A stretch of 64,000 nt of DNA from Dehalococcoidia bacterium (lineage in GTDB: Bacteria > Chloroflexota > Dehalococcoidia > UBA2979): positions 1,088,001 to 1,152,000 of the forward strand of contig OZ253555.1 in assembly GCA_965262725.1 (NCBI GenBank), in the 5' to 3' direction. Positions within the stretch are counted from its first letter, which is position 1. Each line of letters opens with the position of its first letter. Positions 19,562-30,124 of this stretch are shown here, piece by piece. A program made the position numbers and the translations under genes. The notes below the pieces were generated by a model. The model was not told where the DNA came from, ran no database searches, and saw only the letters and a program-made list of their open reading frames with translations.

Positions 19562-20296
19562 CTACAGCTCGTAGCGCGCGAGATCCTCTGCCAGCTCGAT
19601 GCCCGGGAGCGAGGAGCGCTCGGGAGCGGTCATGTGGTCGTAGTGGGTGACGAGCACTCGCGTCGCCGCCGGCAGTCGCCCGCGCAGCTCGCGCACGTCG
19701 TCCCATTCGAAATGGCCGCGCTCCCGCGCGCCGCCGCACTCGACGATGAGGAGGTCCGACCCCGCGGCGAGCTCGTCGATGGCGGGCGTGAGGCGGGCAT
19801 CACCCGTGTAGGCGAGGGTGCGGCCGCCGATGCGGACGCGGTAGCCCAGGGCCGGAAGGTCGGGCGCATGCTCCACCGAGATGCACTCGATTCGCATGTC
19901 CCGCCACGTGAACGAGCTGCCGCCCCCCTGCTCGAACCAGCGCAGTCTCGGGTCACCCGGGGCCGGTAGTCTCGGAGAGGCGCCAATCAGCTCGCGGATC
20001 CGGGCGTGGATTCCGGGCGGGCCGGCGATGGCTAGCGGGCGTTCCCTCAGTCGCTCGCCGTGCGCGACCACGACGTCGAGCAGCAGCAGGTCGATTCCCC
20101 CGATGTGGTCGGAGTGCGCGTGTGAGAGCAGCACGAGATCGAGGTCGTCTGGACGTCCGCCCAGCTGGTAGAGATGCGCCAGCGCCTGTGGCGGGCAGTC
20201 CAGAAGGAGGCGGCCGTCCACCAGGAAACCCGACCAGTAGCGACCGTGCGAGAAGGCGTGGCCCGATCCGAGGCAGCCGAGGCGGGGCGGCGTGAT
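19562..20296 (-). CDS. MBL-fold metallo-hydrolase (RNase Z/ElaC-like)
   Basis: LGSG N-terminal motif, LLDC, SHAHSDH (HxHxDH), YTGD, VTHY; no ATG/GTG/TTG before LGSG, start tentatively placed at ATC 20296. Confidence 0.8.
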   Translation of the reverse strand: MTPPRLGCLGSGHAFSHGRYWSGFLVDGRLLLDCPPQALAHLYQLGGRPDDLDLVLLSHAHSDHIGGIDLLLLDVVVAHGERLRERPLAIAGPPGIHARIRELIGASPRLPAPGDPRLRWFEQGGGSSFTWRDMRIECISVEHAPDLPALGYRVRIGGRTLAYTGDARLTPAIDELAAGSDLLIVECGGARERGHFEWDDVRELRGRLPAATRVLVTHYDHMTAPERSSLPGIELAEDLARYEL

Positions 20297-20305
20297 CGCG
20301 GCTGC

Positions 20306-20911
20306 CTACTCTACGCCGAGCAGCCGGCGTCCCGCTTCAACGGTATCCGGCGTGTCGAGGTCAATCCGAACGACCGGCTCGTCGTCCATCGCAATCAGGA
20401 CCGGGGCATGGCGCTCTCGGACCGCGCGGATCCCGTGAGTCCCCTCGCTGACCGTGGCGAGCTCGCCGAGCAACGCCCCCGCGATCACGAGCGGGTGGCC
20501 GGCTCGGCCCCCGAAGCTCGGTTGCACGATGGCGGCGCCGCATGAGCGGAGTTCGCCGATCAGCCGGTCGACGATATCGGCGCGGGTGGGTTGATCGACG
20601 TTCTGCACGACGATCATCTCGGGCGGCTCGCGCCCGGGTGCGGCCAGAGCGCGAGCACCGGCGGCGAGCGACGTGGCGCGTCCCTGCGGCCATTCCGGGT
20701 GGAAGACGCAATAGCGCGCCCGCTCGCCGAGCGAGCGGCGCACCTCCTCGGCTCGCGAGCCGGTCACGACCACGACATCGTCGACCATGGAGCGATCGAG
20801 TTCGTCGAGTTCCCACTCGATGAGGGTGCGATCGCCCCAGGGCAGCAGGGGTTTGGGTTCTCCCATGCGCCGCGAGGCGCCGGCAGCGAGCAGCAACGCC
20901 GCGACTCCCAC
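20306..20911 (-). CDS. molybdenum cofactor cytidylyltransferase-like nucleotidyltransferase (MocA family)
   Basis: LLAAGASRRMGEPKPLL, VDQP, GHPLVI, DLDTP; directly follows the Mo-hydroxylase large subunit. Confidence 0.85.
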   Translation of the reverse strand: MGVAALLLAAGASRRMGEPKPLLPWGDRTLIEWELDELDRSMVDDVVVVTGSRAEEVRRSLGERARYCVFHPEWPQGRATSLAAGARALAAPGREPPEMIVVQNVDQPTRADIVDRLIGELRSCGAAIVQPSFGGRAGHPLVIAGALLGELATVSEGTHGIRAVRERHAPVLIAMDDEPVVRIDLDTPDTVEAGRRLLGVE

Positions 20912-20925
20912 CGTCCGCGCGCCCC

Positions 20926-23253
20926 CTAGTCCGAGACGCGACCGAGCGCGCGCAGAACGCGCTCCGGCGTCGCGGGCATCTCCGTCACGCGCACACCGAG
21001 CGCGTCGTGGATGGCGTTGGCGATCGCCGCAGGGCCCGCCGTGATCGAGGGCTCGCCGACGCCCCGCGCGCCGTACGGACCCTCCTCGGAGGGCACCTCG
21101 ACGATCACCGAATCGATGTCGGGCGTGTCGGCGGCCGTCGGCATCCGGTAGTCCAGCAAGCCGGCGTTCCGGAGGTGACCCTCGTCGTCGTAGAGGTACT
21201 CCTCGGAGAGGCCGATGCCGATCCCCATCCCTGTCCCGCCCTCCATCTGTCCCTCGACGGAGAGCGGGTTGATGGCGTAGCCGGCGTCCTGGACCGTCGC
21301 CCAGCGCGCGAGCGTGATGTTCCCGCTCACCGTATCCACCTCCAGCTCGGCGAGCTGCGCGGTGAATCCCGGCGCCTGCACGCGCGCCGAGATGGCGCCC
21401 TTGCCCACGATGGGGGTGTACAGCGACCCGAAGCCCGTCGTGATCGCGGCGAGCCGGCGGAAGGTGAGCGCCCGGTCCGACGACCCGGCGACCCGCACTT
21501 CGCCCTCCGCGAGTTCCATGTCCCCGGGGTTCGCCTCCAGCTGATCGGCGGCGATCGAGAACATCTGCTCCCGCATGTCGATGGCGGCCTCGCGCAGCGC
21601 CCGTCCCATGGTGATCGTCGTCTTCGATCCGGCAGCGATCCCCGCGTAGGGCGAGGTCCTGGTGTCGCCGGTGCTCACGGAGACCGCCTCGACCGGGATC
21701 GCGAGCTCCTCGGCGACGATCTGCGCGAAGCTCGTGTTGACGCCGGAGATGTCCATCACGCCGACGAGGGCGTTGACCGTGCCGTCCGAGTTGAGCATCA
21801 ACTCGCATGTGGCAGGCTGGAGCCCACCGAGCCAGCCCGAGACGGCCAGCCCCACGCCGACCTTCGTCCTCTCGGTCGAGCGGGCGCGCGCAGACTCGCG
21901 TGCCGTCCAGATAGGGTGCGCGGCGGCCGCCTCGATCGTCTCGACCATGCCGATCGACGGGAAGGGCTTCCCGGACGCCATCGGATCCCCCGTGCGGGCG
22001 GCGTTGCGGAGCCGCACCTCGGCCGGGTCGAGCCCGACACCCCGCGCCATCGCGTCGATTTGCTGCTCCACGGCGTGGGTGATGTTGTGGATGCCGGGGG
22101 CGCGGATCGCGCCGACGGAGACGTGGTTGGTCAGCACCTCGTAGCCGTCGGTGCGCAGAGTGGGCCAGCGGTAGAACGACGAGATCAGGAGGGAGCCGAC
22201 CGCCGCCGGCGCGCCGGGGAAGGCGCCCGCGTCGTAGATCACCGTCGCCTTGAGCGCGGTGAGGTCGCCGTCTGCCGTGATGCCGCTCTTCAGCCGCACG
22301 ACCGAGCCGGGCGTGGGCGTTGCCGCCAGCAGATCCTCTCGCCTCGTGAAGACGAGCTTGACAGGGCGCTCGGCCACGAGCGCACAAGCCGTGGCGATGG
22401 TGGCGCTCTGGATCATTTTCCCGCCGAAGCCGCCGCCGAGCTCGCAGCCGGTGACGCGGAGCTTCGTCTCGGGCAGCTTGAAGAGGCGCATCAGCGTGTC
22501 GCGCACGTGGAACTGACCCTGCGTCGACGTCCACACCTCAACCTCGCCCGTGGCGGGGTCGTAGTCGGCGACCGTGGCGTGGGGCTCGATGTAGCCCTGG
22601 TGCACCAGAGCCGCGCGGTAGGCGCGCTCGACCACGAAGTCGGCCTGTGCGAAGCCCTCGTTGAGGTCGCCTCGCTCGAACGAGACGTGCGAGGCGATGT
22701 TGGTCGCCCGGCCTTCCGCCTCCTCGGACCGGACGTCGATGGTGACGTGCGCATCCTCTTCAGTGTGGTCGATATCGGAGACCGGTGATCGCGCGAGCGG
22801 GGAATCGGGCTCCATCGCCGCCTCCATGTCGAGGACGGCGGGGAGCACGTCGTACTCGACGTGGACGAGCTCGGCGCCCTCCTCGGCGGACGCGTAGCTC
22901 TCGCCCAGCACCGCCGCGACCGGCTGTCCCGCGAAGACGACCTCGCGATCGGCGAAGAGCGCATCGGCGCGGTTGGAGGCGCCCCGCGCGGGGTTACTCC
23001 CGTCGCGGGTGGCGCGCGCGAGGTCGTCCGCGGTGACCACTGCAACGACGCCCGGGTGCGCCATCGCGGCGCTCATGTCCAGGGCGGTGATGCGCGCGTG
23101 CGGGTGCGGGGAGAGCACGAGACGCGCGTGGAGCATCGCGGGGAGCTGCACGTCGGCGGCGTAGACGCTGCGGCCCGTGACCTTGTGCAGGCCCTCCACG
23201 CGCGGCACTCGCTCGCCGACGGCGTTGTACCGCGGGCGCTCGATCGTGGTCAT
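20926..23253 (-). CDS. xanthine dehydrogenase family molybdopterin-binding large subunit
   Basis: KVTG..YAAD, QGYIEPH, GGGFGGK, GAIRAPG, EGQMEGG, DYRMPT, GARGVGE. Confidence 0.93.
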   Translation of the reverse strand: MTTIERPRYNAVGERVPRVEGLHKVTGRSVYAADVQLPAMLHARLVLSPHPHARITALDMSAAMAHPGVVAVVTADDLARATRDGSNPARGASNRADALFADREVVFAGQPVAAVLGESYASAEEGAELVHVEYDVLPAVLDMEAAMEPDSPLARSPVSDIDHTEEDAHVTIDVRSEEAEGRATNIASHVSFERGDLNEGFAQADFVVERAYRAALVHQGYIEPHATVADYDPATGEVEVWTSTQGQFHVRDTLMRLFKLPETKLRVTGCELGGGFGGKMIQSATIATACALVAERPVKLVFTRREDLLAATPTPGSVVRLKSGITADGDLTALKATVIYDAGAFPGAPAAVGSLLISSFYRWPTLRTDGYEVLTNHVSVGAIRAPGIHNITHAVEQQIDAMARGVGLDPAEVRLRNAARTGDPMASGKPFPSIGMVETIEAAAAHPIWTARESARARSTERTKVGVGLAVSGWLGGLQPATCELMLNSDGTVNALVGVMDISGVNTSFAQIVAEELAIPVEAVSVSTGDTRTSPYAGIAAGSKTTITMGRALREAAIDMREQMFSIAADQLEANPGDMELAEGEVRVAGSSDRALTFRRLAAITTGFGSLYTPIVGKGAISARVQAPGFTAQLAELEVDTVSGNITLARWATVQDAGYAINPLSVEGQMEGGTGMGIGIGLSEEYLYDDEGHLRNAGLLDYRMPTAADTPDIDSVIVEVPSEEGPYGARGVGEPSITAGPAAIANAIHDALGVRVTEMPATPERVLRALGRVSD

Positions 23254-23299
23254 CGCTTCCTCCTCGGCTCGCTCCCCGGCGGTGGGGCTCCTGTCGGTC

Positions 23300-23779
<480 letters not shown>

Positions 23780-23804
23780 CGCGACCTTCCCCCGGTGTGC
23801 GGCG

Positions 23805-24674
23805 CTACCCGCGCGCCCGCTCGGTAGTGCGCAGCACGCTCGCGCTCGTCATCTTCTCCACCAGGTATCGGCGGAAGGCAGCCGATCCGCGTACGTCGTC
23901 GATCGGGGTGGCCTCGGTCGCGGCGATCCGCCCGGCCTCGGCGGCGGCCTCCTCGGTGAGTTCGCGCCCCACGAGCGACTGCTCGGCCCGGGACGCCCGA
24001 ATCACGGTCGGTGCCACCGCACCGAGCACGATCCGCGCGGCCACGACGAGCCCGCCGGCGTCGAGCTCGAGATAACTCCCCACCCCGACGACGGCGATGT
24101 CCATCACCTTGCGGGGCGTGTGGCGTTCGTAGTGCGAGCCGGATCCCGGCGGTGGTGCCGGCACGACGAAGGCAGTGACGATCTCGCCGGGCTCGAGCGT
24201 GGTCCGCCCCGGACCGGCCCAGAGATCCTCCACCAGGATCTCGCGTTCGCCGTCAATCCCGGCGATCTGAGCGCGAGCGCCGAGAGCGACGAGCGGCGGG
24301 CTGGTGTCGGCGGAGGGCGCCGCGTTGCAGACGTTGCCGCCGATCGTCGCGGCGTTGCGGGTCTGGTACGAGCCGACCACCGCGGCGCCGTCGGCGAGGC
24401 CGGAGAACCTCTCCCGCACGGTCGCGTGATCGGCGACCTCTTGCATCGTCGCGCGGGCGCCGACGCGGAGTGAGCCATCCTCGCCGACCTGGACGCCCGC
24501 GAGCTCGGGGATCGCGGCGAGCGAGATGAGCGCTGCGGGCCGGAGGTGACCCTCCTTCACCTGCACGAGGAGGTCGGTCCCGCCGCCGAGCGGGCGTGCG
24601 CCCTCACCGAGATCGCGCAGCGTCATCACGGCCTCGGCGAGCGACATCGGTCGCGCATAGTCGAAATGCCGCAT
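23805..24674 (-). CDS. xanthine dehydrogenase family FAD-binding medium subunit (CoxM/CutM-like)
   Basis: GGGTDL, RNAATIGGN..NAAPSAD, PIDDVRGSA. Confidence 0.93.
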   Translation of the reverse strand: MRHFDYARPMSLAEAVMTLRDLGEGARPLGGGTDLLVQVKEGHLRPAALISLAAIPELAGVQVGEDGSLRVGARATMQEVADHATVRERFSGLADGAAVVGSYQTRNAATIGGNVCNAAPSADTSPPLVALGARAQIAGIDGEREILVEDLWAGPGRTTLEPGEIVTAFVVPAPPPGSGSHYERHTPRKVMDIAVVGVGSYLELDAGGLVVAARIVLGAVAPTVIRASRAEQSLVGRELTEEAAAEAGRIAATEATPIDDVRGSAAFRRYLVEKMTSASVLRTTERARG

Positions 24675-24722
24675 GGCACTCCCTCGGTTGTGTGGTGCTC
24701 GCTGCCGCCGCCGGGCGCCAGT

Positions 24723-25133
24723 CTACTCCGCGCCGGCACTTTCTCGCTCGACGTGCGCGCGCCAGCCGGCGAGTGCGTTGCGAACGGCGGCGGCGGCGAG
24801 CACGGAGCAGTGGAGCTTCGAGCGGGGCAGGCCGCCCACGGCGGCGGCGTAGTCCTCGCGCGTCAGCCCCACCGCCTCGTCGAACGTGGCTCCCACGAGC
24901 ATTTCGGTGGCGGCGGAGGAGGTGCCGATCGTCGCCGGGCAGCCGGAGGAGAGGAAGGATGCGGCGGCGACCCGGCCCCCCTCGATGCGGAGGAAGAGCC
25001 GCAATGAGTCACCGCAGACGGGGTTCGTGACGTACGCGCTGGCGTTGGCGTCGGGCATCTCGCCGGCGTTGCGGGGGTGTTCGAAGTGGTCGATCAGCGT
25101 CGCGCTGTAGTGCTCGGCATCCACGCGCCCCAT
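24723..25133 (-). CDS. iscU: Fe-S cluster scaffold IscU/NifU N-terminal type
   Basis: YS..LIDHFEHPRN, NPVCGD, GC, LP..KLHCSVLA. Confidence 0.9.
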   Translation of the reverse strand: MGRVDAEHYSATLIDHFEHPRNAGEMPDANASAYVTNPVCGDSLRLFLRIEGGRVAAASFLSSGCPATIGTSSAATEMLVGATFDEAVGLTREDYAAAVGGLPRSKLHCSVLAAAAVRNALAGWRAHVERESAGAE

Positions 25134-25189
25134 TGTCGCACGGCTCGATAGAAGAATGATGCCGGACCGGGCCCCTGGCCGTCCCTCTT

Positions 25190-26422
25190 TTACGATGCCG
25201 CGTCCGGGATCGGGCGCAGGCAGCGCAGCCCGGCGAGCGGTGCTTGCCGCGCCGCCGCGAGCACGCGCATGCGGCCGAGGCCGGCCGGATCCACGAGCAC
25301 CTCGGCGGCGCGCCGCATGCGGGCGTAGGCGGCGACGTCTCCGGACATCCACGTCCGTGCGGCGGCGATCGCCTCCCCGAGGCCGAGCGCGATCAGCGCC
25401 TCCCCCTGCGGCACGGTAGGTGCCGTCGTGAGGCCCTCGTCGGCGAGCGCCCGCGCGAGGGCTCCGAGATCGACGTGCGCGGTGAGATCCGCACGTCCCG
25501 GCTGCGCGAGCGGGTCCGGTTGGAGCATGTGATTGCGGATGGCCATCAGCGTCCCGTCGCGCCGCCAGGGGGCGTAGAGGTGGGCGCTCTCGTACCCGTA
25601 GTCCAGCGTGAGCAGGTAGCCGCGACCGATTCGCCGCGCGAGGGCGCGCGCGACGGCGGGCACGGCGAGCGAGAGCTCCTGGCGGCACCCGTCTGCGGGC
25701 CGCATGCCGATCCAGTCGAGGTGGCGCGCGAGCTCCGGGGTCGACGGCGCTCCCGGTGCGAGCACGAAGCCGCCGCCGCGCGCGCGCCTCACGTGCCACT
25801 CGACGAGCGCCTCCGGCCCGTGCTCATCACCGGCGGGCCGGCCGACGAGGTGGACGGGGAGAGCATCGAAGAACTCGTTGGAGTAGAGCACGCCCGTGAT
25901 CGTGCCCGGCTCCGCGATCCAGTCCTCGAGCAGCGCGTGGCGCGCCGCGAGCCCGCGTTCCGACAGGGCGGCGCGCTGCTCCTCCACCCGGCGGCGGAAC
26001 CCGTCGAGGAGCACCGGGCGGCAGGCGGCGAAGCAGTCCGCATGGTGCTCGCGGAGGGAGTGCAGGATCGAAATCGCGAGTGCGCCGGAGCCCGCCCCAG
26101 CCTCCACCAGTTCGAAGCTGGCCGGGTGGCCGAGAAGCTCCCAGCACTCGGCGATCTGCCGCGCCCACAGGGAGCCGAAAATCGGGTGCACTTCAGCCGA
26201 GCTCTCGTAGTCACCGGCAGCGCCCCACGCGAGCCCGGCACGGGCGTAGTAGCCGTGCTCGGGGTGGCCGAGGGCGAGTTCCATGAAGCGGGCGAAGGGG
26301 ATGGAGCCGCCGGCTGCGTCGATGGCGCGCTCAATGGCCCGCGCCGCAGGCGTGGGCGGCTCCGCGCGCGTCAGGTCGTCGCTGCCGCCGGCCGGCATCC
26401 GCGGGGCGGCCGCGTCGCTCAT
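25190..26422 (-). CDS. SAM-dependent methyltransferase, MidA/NDUFAF7 family
   Basis: GSIPFARFMELAL..GYY, VEAGAGSG, SNEFFDALP, LDYG, PG.ADLTAHVD. Confidence 0.88.
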   Translation of the reverse strand: MSDAAAPRMPAGGSDDLTRAEPPTPAARAIERAIDAAGGSIPFARFMELALGHPEHGYYARAGLAWGAAGDYESSAEVHPIFGSLWARQIAECWELLGHPASFELVEAGAGSGALAISILHSLREHHADCFAACRPVLLDGFRRRVEEQRAALSERGLAARHALLEDWIAEPGTITGVLYSNEFFDALPVHLVGRPAGDEHGPEALVEWHVRRARGGGFVLAPGAPSTPELARHLDWIGMRPADGCRQELSLAVPAVARALARRIGRGYLLTLDYGYESAHLYAPWRRDGTLMAIRNHMLQPDPLAQPGRADLTAHVDLGALARALADEGLTTAPTVPQGEALIALGLGEAIAAARTWMSGDVAAYARMRRAAEVLVDPAGLGRMRVLAAARQAPLAGLRCLRPIPDAAS

Positions 26423-26494
26423 GCGCCCATCGTATCAGCGCCCGCGCGCGCGGCGACCCGGCGGGCCAGCCGTCCGGCCCCAGGATCCGGCGCT

Positions 26495-27433
26495 CTACGT
26501 GCGGGAGGAGCGCGCCCGCGCTCGCTCGTGCGCCCGCGCCGTGCGGAGAGCCTCGGCGACCGTGTGCGCATCCGGCGCCGCGGGACGGTAGCGGACGTAG
26601 GCCTCGAGGTCGGGGATCGCCTCGGCGTAGCGTTCGTAGCGTTCGCGTAGCAGTCCGCGCTCTCGGATTCCGTCGAGGTCCCAGGGGAAGAGCGCGAGTT
26701 GTAGCTCAAGGGCGCGCCCGCGGCGCTCGTCGGTGTCGTCCTCGAGCGTCAGGGCCTTCAGCGTGAGGATCATCCGCTGCAGCACTTGTCGCGACGTGAT
26801 CGCGGCCAGCATGTGCGGAGACGCGACGGTGCGTCCGCCGTAGATGCGCCGCACGATGGTGCGGCAGTCCGCGGTGGAGAGCAGGCGCCCCCCGCCGAAC
26901 ACGTCGACGTGGGTCGGCACCCCGGCCTCCCCGGTCGGCGCTCCGGCGTCGCCGTCCCGAGGGGGTTCGGCGTCTGGCTCCGGCGGCGCGCCGAGGCGCG
27001 CGACCACGTAACCGGGAAGACCCACTACGTCGGCCGGCAGCCCGGCGCGCCGACCGATCTCCGCGTAGAGCAGGGCGAGGGTGATCGGCATGCCCCGCCG
27101 CGAGTCGAGGACATCGGAGAGCAGCAGCGTCTCGCCCGAGCCAGAGTGCTGCTCGTCGCCGTGGAAGGCGAGCTCGTCGAAGAGCAGCTCGTGCAACGGC
27201 GCGGCGCGCGCGGGAAGCGGATCGCCCGCCGTCGCGCTCAGCCGGCGACGCGCCTCCTCGGCGATGCGGGCGATGCGCTGCTCGTATGCGTTCACATCCA
27301 GACCGGGGCGCTCGGCAAGCGCGATCAGCAGGGCGCCGCGCGCGAGGGGCACCTCGTCGGGTGGGCCGTGCACAGCCGTCCTGAACATCGAGCAGGCGTC
27401 GGCGAATGCGCGCTCCACGCCTGCGCCGCTCAC
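26495..27433 (-). CDS. SirB1/YchA family transglutaminase-like protein with C-terminal TPR
   Basis: LFDELAFHGD, VLDSRRGMPITL, VGLPG, VDVFGGG, RERGLL. Confidence 0.8.
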   Translation of the reverse strand: MSGAGVERAFADACSMFRTAVHGPPDEVPLARGALLIALAERPGLDVNAYEQRIARIAEEARRRLSATAGDPLPARAAPLHELLFDELAFHGDEQHSGSGETLLLSDVLDSRRGMPITLALLYAEIGRRAGLPADVVGLPGYVVARLGAPPEPDAEPPRDGDAGAPTGEAGVPTHVDVFGGGRLLSTADCRTIVRRIYGGRTVASPHMLAAITSRQVLQRMILTLKALTLEDDTDERRGRALELQLALFPWDLDGIRERGLLRERYERYAEAIPDLEAYVRYRPAAPDAHTVAEALRTARAHERARARSSRT

Positions 27434-28056
27434 CTGCCCCGACCCATCGGCGTCCGGTTCTCGCGTCGCGGCCGCGAGAGGGAGAACCCCTCCGCCATCC
27501 CGATCTTGATCATCGTCACCATGACCAGCAGCATCGCGCCTGCGACGCGCATGTGGGGCTCACCGAGGGCGTAGGCAACGGGCGCAAAGGCCAGCAGCGC
27601 CACCATCCCGGCCGGGCGCCTCGAGTGCAGGAGCAGGTAGAGGCTGAGAGCGCCCGCGGTCGTGATCAGCCCGGTCAGCGGCGAGAGCGCATAGAGCGCG
27701 CCCGTGGCCGGCGCCGTTCCGTTGCCGCCGTGGAACCGAAGGAAGAGGGAGTAGTCATGCCCCGCGACGACGGCGAGCCCTGCGGTGATCGCGCCGACGT
27801 CACCCACGCCCGCGACGTGGGCGACGCCCACTGCCGCCGACCCCTTGGCGATGTCGACGATTCCCACCACTAGCCCCGCGCGCCGTCCGATGCTGTCGAT
27901 CACATTCATGGTGCCGGGATTGCCGGAGCCGATCTTGCGGATGTCCTGCCCGGTGAGGCGGTGCACGAGGAGATAGGACGTCGGGAAGGATCCGAGCAGA
28001 TAGGCGATCACAAGGACGACGGCCAGCGTCACGACGGCCTCCCGCATCTGGATCAT
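27430..28056 (-). CDS. plsY: glycerol-3-phosphate acyltransferase PlsY
   Basis: AYLLGSFP, DIRKIGSGNPG, DIAKG, GHDYSLFLRFHGG. Confidence 0.88.
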   Translation of the reverse strand: MIQMREAVVTLAVVLVIAYLLGSFPTSYLLVHRLTGQDIRKIGSGNPGTMNVIDSIGRRAGLVVGIVDIAKGSAAVGVAHVAGVGDVGAITAGLAVVAGHDYSLFLRFHGGNGTAPATGALYALSPLTGLITTAGALSLYLLLHSRRPAGMVALLAFAPVAYALGEPHMRVAGAMLLVMVTMIKIGMAEGFSLSRPRRENRTPMGRGR

Positions 28057-28197
28057 ACGGACGCGCTGTCTATCCCGACAACATCGACGGCCGGCCGTGC
28101 CCCGCCTCCGAGGGGGCGACCGGCGGCACGAGGCCGTGTTGGAGCACCGGTGCGCGCGGGGCGCATGCCGGAGCGCAGGCGGTGCTCGGGAGCGTAA

Positions 28198-28686
28198 TCA
28201 GTAGGCAGCGCGCTCCGGCGGCGTGGAGGGAGGGGAGCCCGGCCCGGCGGAGTCGTCGGTGACCTCGCGGACGTCGATGATGGGCTCATCGCTCGCCGGG
28301 GCGCCTGGCTCCCACGCCGGGGTTCCCCGGTCCTGCGGGGGTCGGACGTCCATCAGCTCGTCGAGTTGAGCGAGTTCACGCGCGAGCACCGCCGCACCGC
28401 AGTTCACACTCAGGGCCGCGAGCCACGGCGGGACGTGCAGGTAGGACCATGGCACGTCTCGGGCGCGTACGGCGGCGACGAGGCCGGGGACGAGTTCCCG
28501 GGGAGCGAGGGTGCGCGGGTCGAGCGAGATCTCGTCGAGCGCGCCCACCAAGTCGTCGCCGCTCTCGGCTCGGTGGCGCAGCTCCGCGGCCAGTCGTCCG
28601 AGCAGTGCGCCGACGACGGCGGCGAGCGCGATCCACAGCGTCGTGTGGAGCCACCTGAGCACGATCGCAACTCCATCCGGCGGCAT
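28198..28686 (-). CDS. hypothetical membrane protein
   Basis: N-terminal hydrophobic helix, protein-like composition, co-oriented with the plsY operon; start uncertain. Confidence 0.6.
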   Translation of the reverse strand: MPPDGVAIVLRWLHTTLWIALAAVVGALLGRLAAELRHRAESGDDLVGALDEISLDPRTLAPRELVPGLVAAVRARDVPWSYLHVPPWLAALSVNCGAAVLARELAQLDELMDVRPPQDRGTPAWEPGAPASDEPIIDVREVTDDSAGPGSPPSTPPERAAY

Positions 28687-28848
28687 GGGCGGGCGATCGC
28701 CGGCGGCCGCCCGCACGGTAGGTGAGCGACGCAATGAAGGTCAACGCCGTCCGAATCGGGGCTAGTGGCCCATCCTCACTCCTCGGGTGCTCCCGACCGC
28801 GCGGCGGGTGAGAGCCGCGGCATTGTGGCCCGGCCGATCGCTCCCTAG

Positions 28849-30056
28849 GGCAAGTCTGATCAGGTGGGTCTAGCGACCCAGTTTCGCCGCGGTCAGGCGC
28901 TCTCAGGCGGATTCCCGATGACAGTGGTCATATCCGCCCCCTCGCGGGCCCCTGTGGCTCCCCTCCTCGCCCCGTGTGGGGCGGGGAGGGCGCACTCCAC
29001 CCACGGTCAGGCACGGTGCGGCTTCGCGGTGAGCAGGTTGTGGAACCCCAGCAAGACCGCACACCGCTCGTGGTTCTTGAAGAGACCCCGGTACCGCACC
29101 TTGGCGTAGCCGAAGCGCCGCTTCACGCTGTAGAACGGGTGCTCCACCAGCGCTCGCACCGATGCCTTCCGCTTCTCCTCGACGGCCTCAGGACTCTCCG
29201 GGTCGAGCGCACGCCGGAGGCCCGGGCGCATCGCCACGTTCCAGTCCTTGACCCTGGAGTCCGCGTTCTCGGGTCTCTTCTGCACGCCCCGGTACCCGGC
29301 GTCGCCGTAGACCTCGGCTTCCTCGCCGTGCAGCAGGCGGTGCGTCTCAGACACGTCCGACACGTTCGCAGGCGTGGTCGTGAAGTTGTGGACCAGTCCA
29401 GTATCCCTGTCGGCGCCGATGTGCAGCTTCATCCCGAAGAACCACTGTTTCCCCTTCTTGGTCTGATGCATCTCCGGGTCCCGCGCCCGCCCGCGATTCT
29501 TCGTCGACGATGGCGCCGAGATGATGGTCGCATCCACGATGCTGCCCTCGCTCAGCTTCAATCCCTTGCTCGTGAGGTGCTCGTTGATGAGTTGGAGGAT
29601 CCTGCTACCCAGGGAGTGGCGCTCGAGCAGGTGCCGGAAGTTGAGGATCGTCGTCTCGTCGGGGATGGGCTCGGAGAGCGTGAGGAAGCAGAAGGCTCGC
29701 ACCGACTCGGCCTCGTGGAGCAGATCCTCCATGCCGGGGTCGCTGAGGTTGTAGCAGAGTTGCACGGTATGGATGCGCAGCATCACGGAGAGCGGGTAGG
29801 GCCTCCGCCCGCGGCCCGGTTTCGGGTAGTGGGGCTCGATGGCTGCTTCGAACCTCTGCCACGGGACGAGGCCATCCAGCCGTTCGAGGAACTTCTGGCG
29901 GCGCGTCTTGTAGCCATCCCGCTCGAACTCGACTCTCGCGAATGTCGGCTGATGCATGGCAGCGCTCCCCTTTCCCGGAGGAGTGCCATGATCGCATATA
30001 GTCATCGGAGTGTGCATGTGCTCCAGTAACGACGCGGCGACCTGTTCAGAGAACCC
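28849..30056 (-). mobile_element. IS5-family insertion sequence (1208 bp)
   Basis: imperfect TIRs GGCAAGTCTGATCAGGT / GGGTTCTCTGAACAGGT; CTAG duplicated at 28845-28848 and 30057-30060; carries a transposase. Confidence 0.9.
29007..29957 (-). CDS. IS5 family transposase
   Basis: GRRPYPL..MLRIH, PDETTILNFRH, IVDAT, KGKQWFFGMKLHIG, YGDAGY, RALVEHPF, KVRYRG. Confidence 0.96.
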   Translation of the reverse strand: MHQPTFARVEFERDGYKTRRQKFLERLDGLVPWQRFEAAIEPHYPKPGRGRRPYPLSVMLRIHTVQLCYNLSDPGMEDLLHEAESVRAFCFLTLSEPIPDETTILNFRHLLERHSLGSRILQLINEHLTSKGLKLSEGSIVDATIISAPSSTKNRGRARDPEMHQTKKGKQWFFGMKLHIGADRDTGLVHNFTTTPANVSDVSETHRLLHGEEAEVYGDAGYRGVQKRPENADSRVKDWNVAMRPGLRRALDPESPEAVEEKRKASVRALVEHPFYSVKRRFGYAKVRYRGLFKNHERCAVLLGFHNLLTAKPHRA

Positions 30057-30124
30057 CTAGGGTCTAAGCGGTCTTCCGCAGTGCGAGCCGCGAAGGCAAC
30101 CCCGGGGCGCGAGGGGAGCGTCGG

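Noticed and set aside
20912-22534. 742-aa ORF suggesting a long N-terminal extension on the MocA-like gene
   Set aside because: The extension is an Arg-rich alternate frame of the Mo-hydroxylase large subunit
29972-30002. Outward-facing IS5 promoter (TTCCCG...TATAGT) driving the MFS gene
   Set aside because: 19-bp spacer and weak -35; not supportable without transcript data
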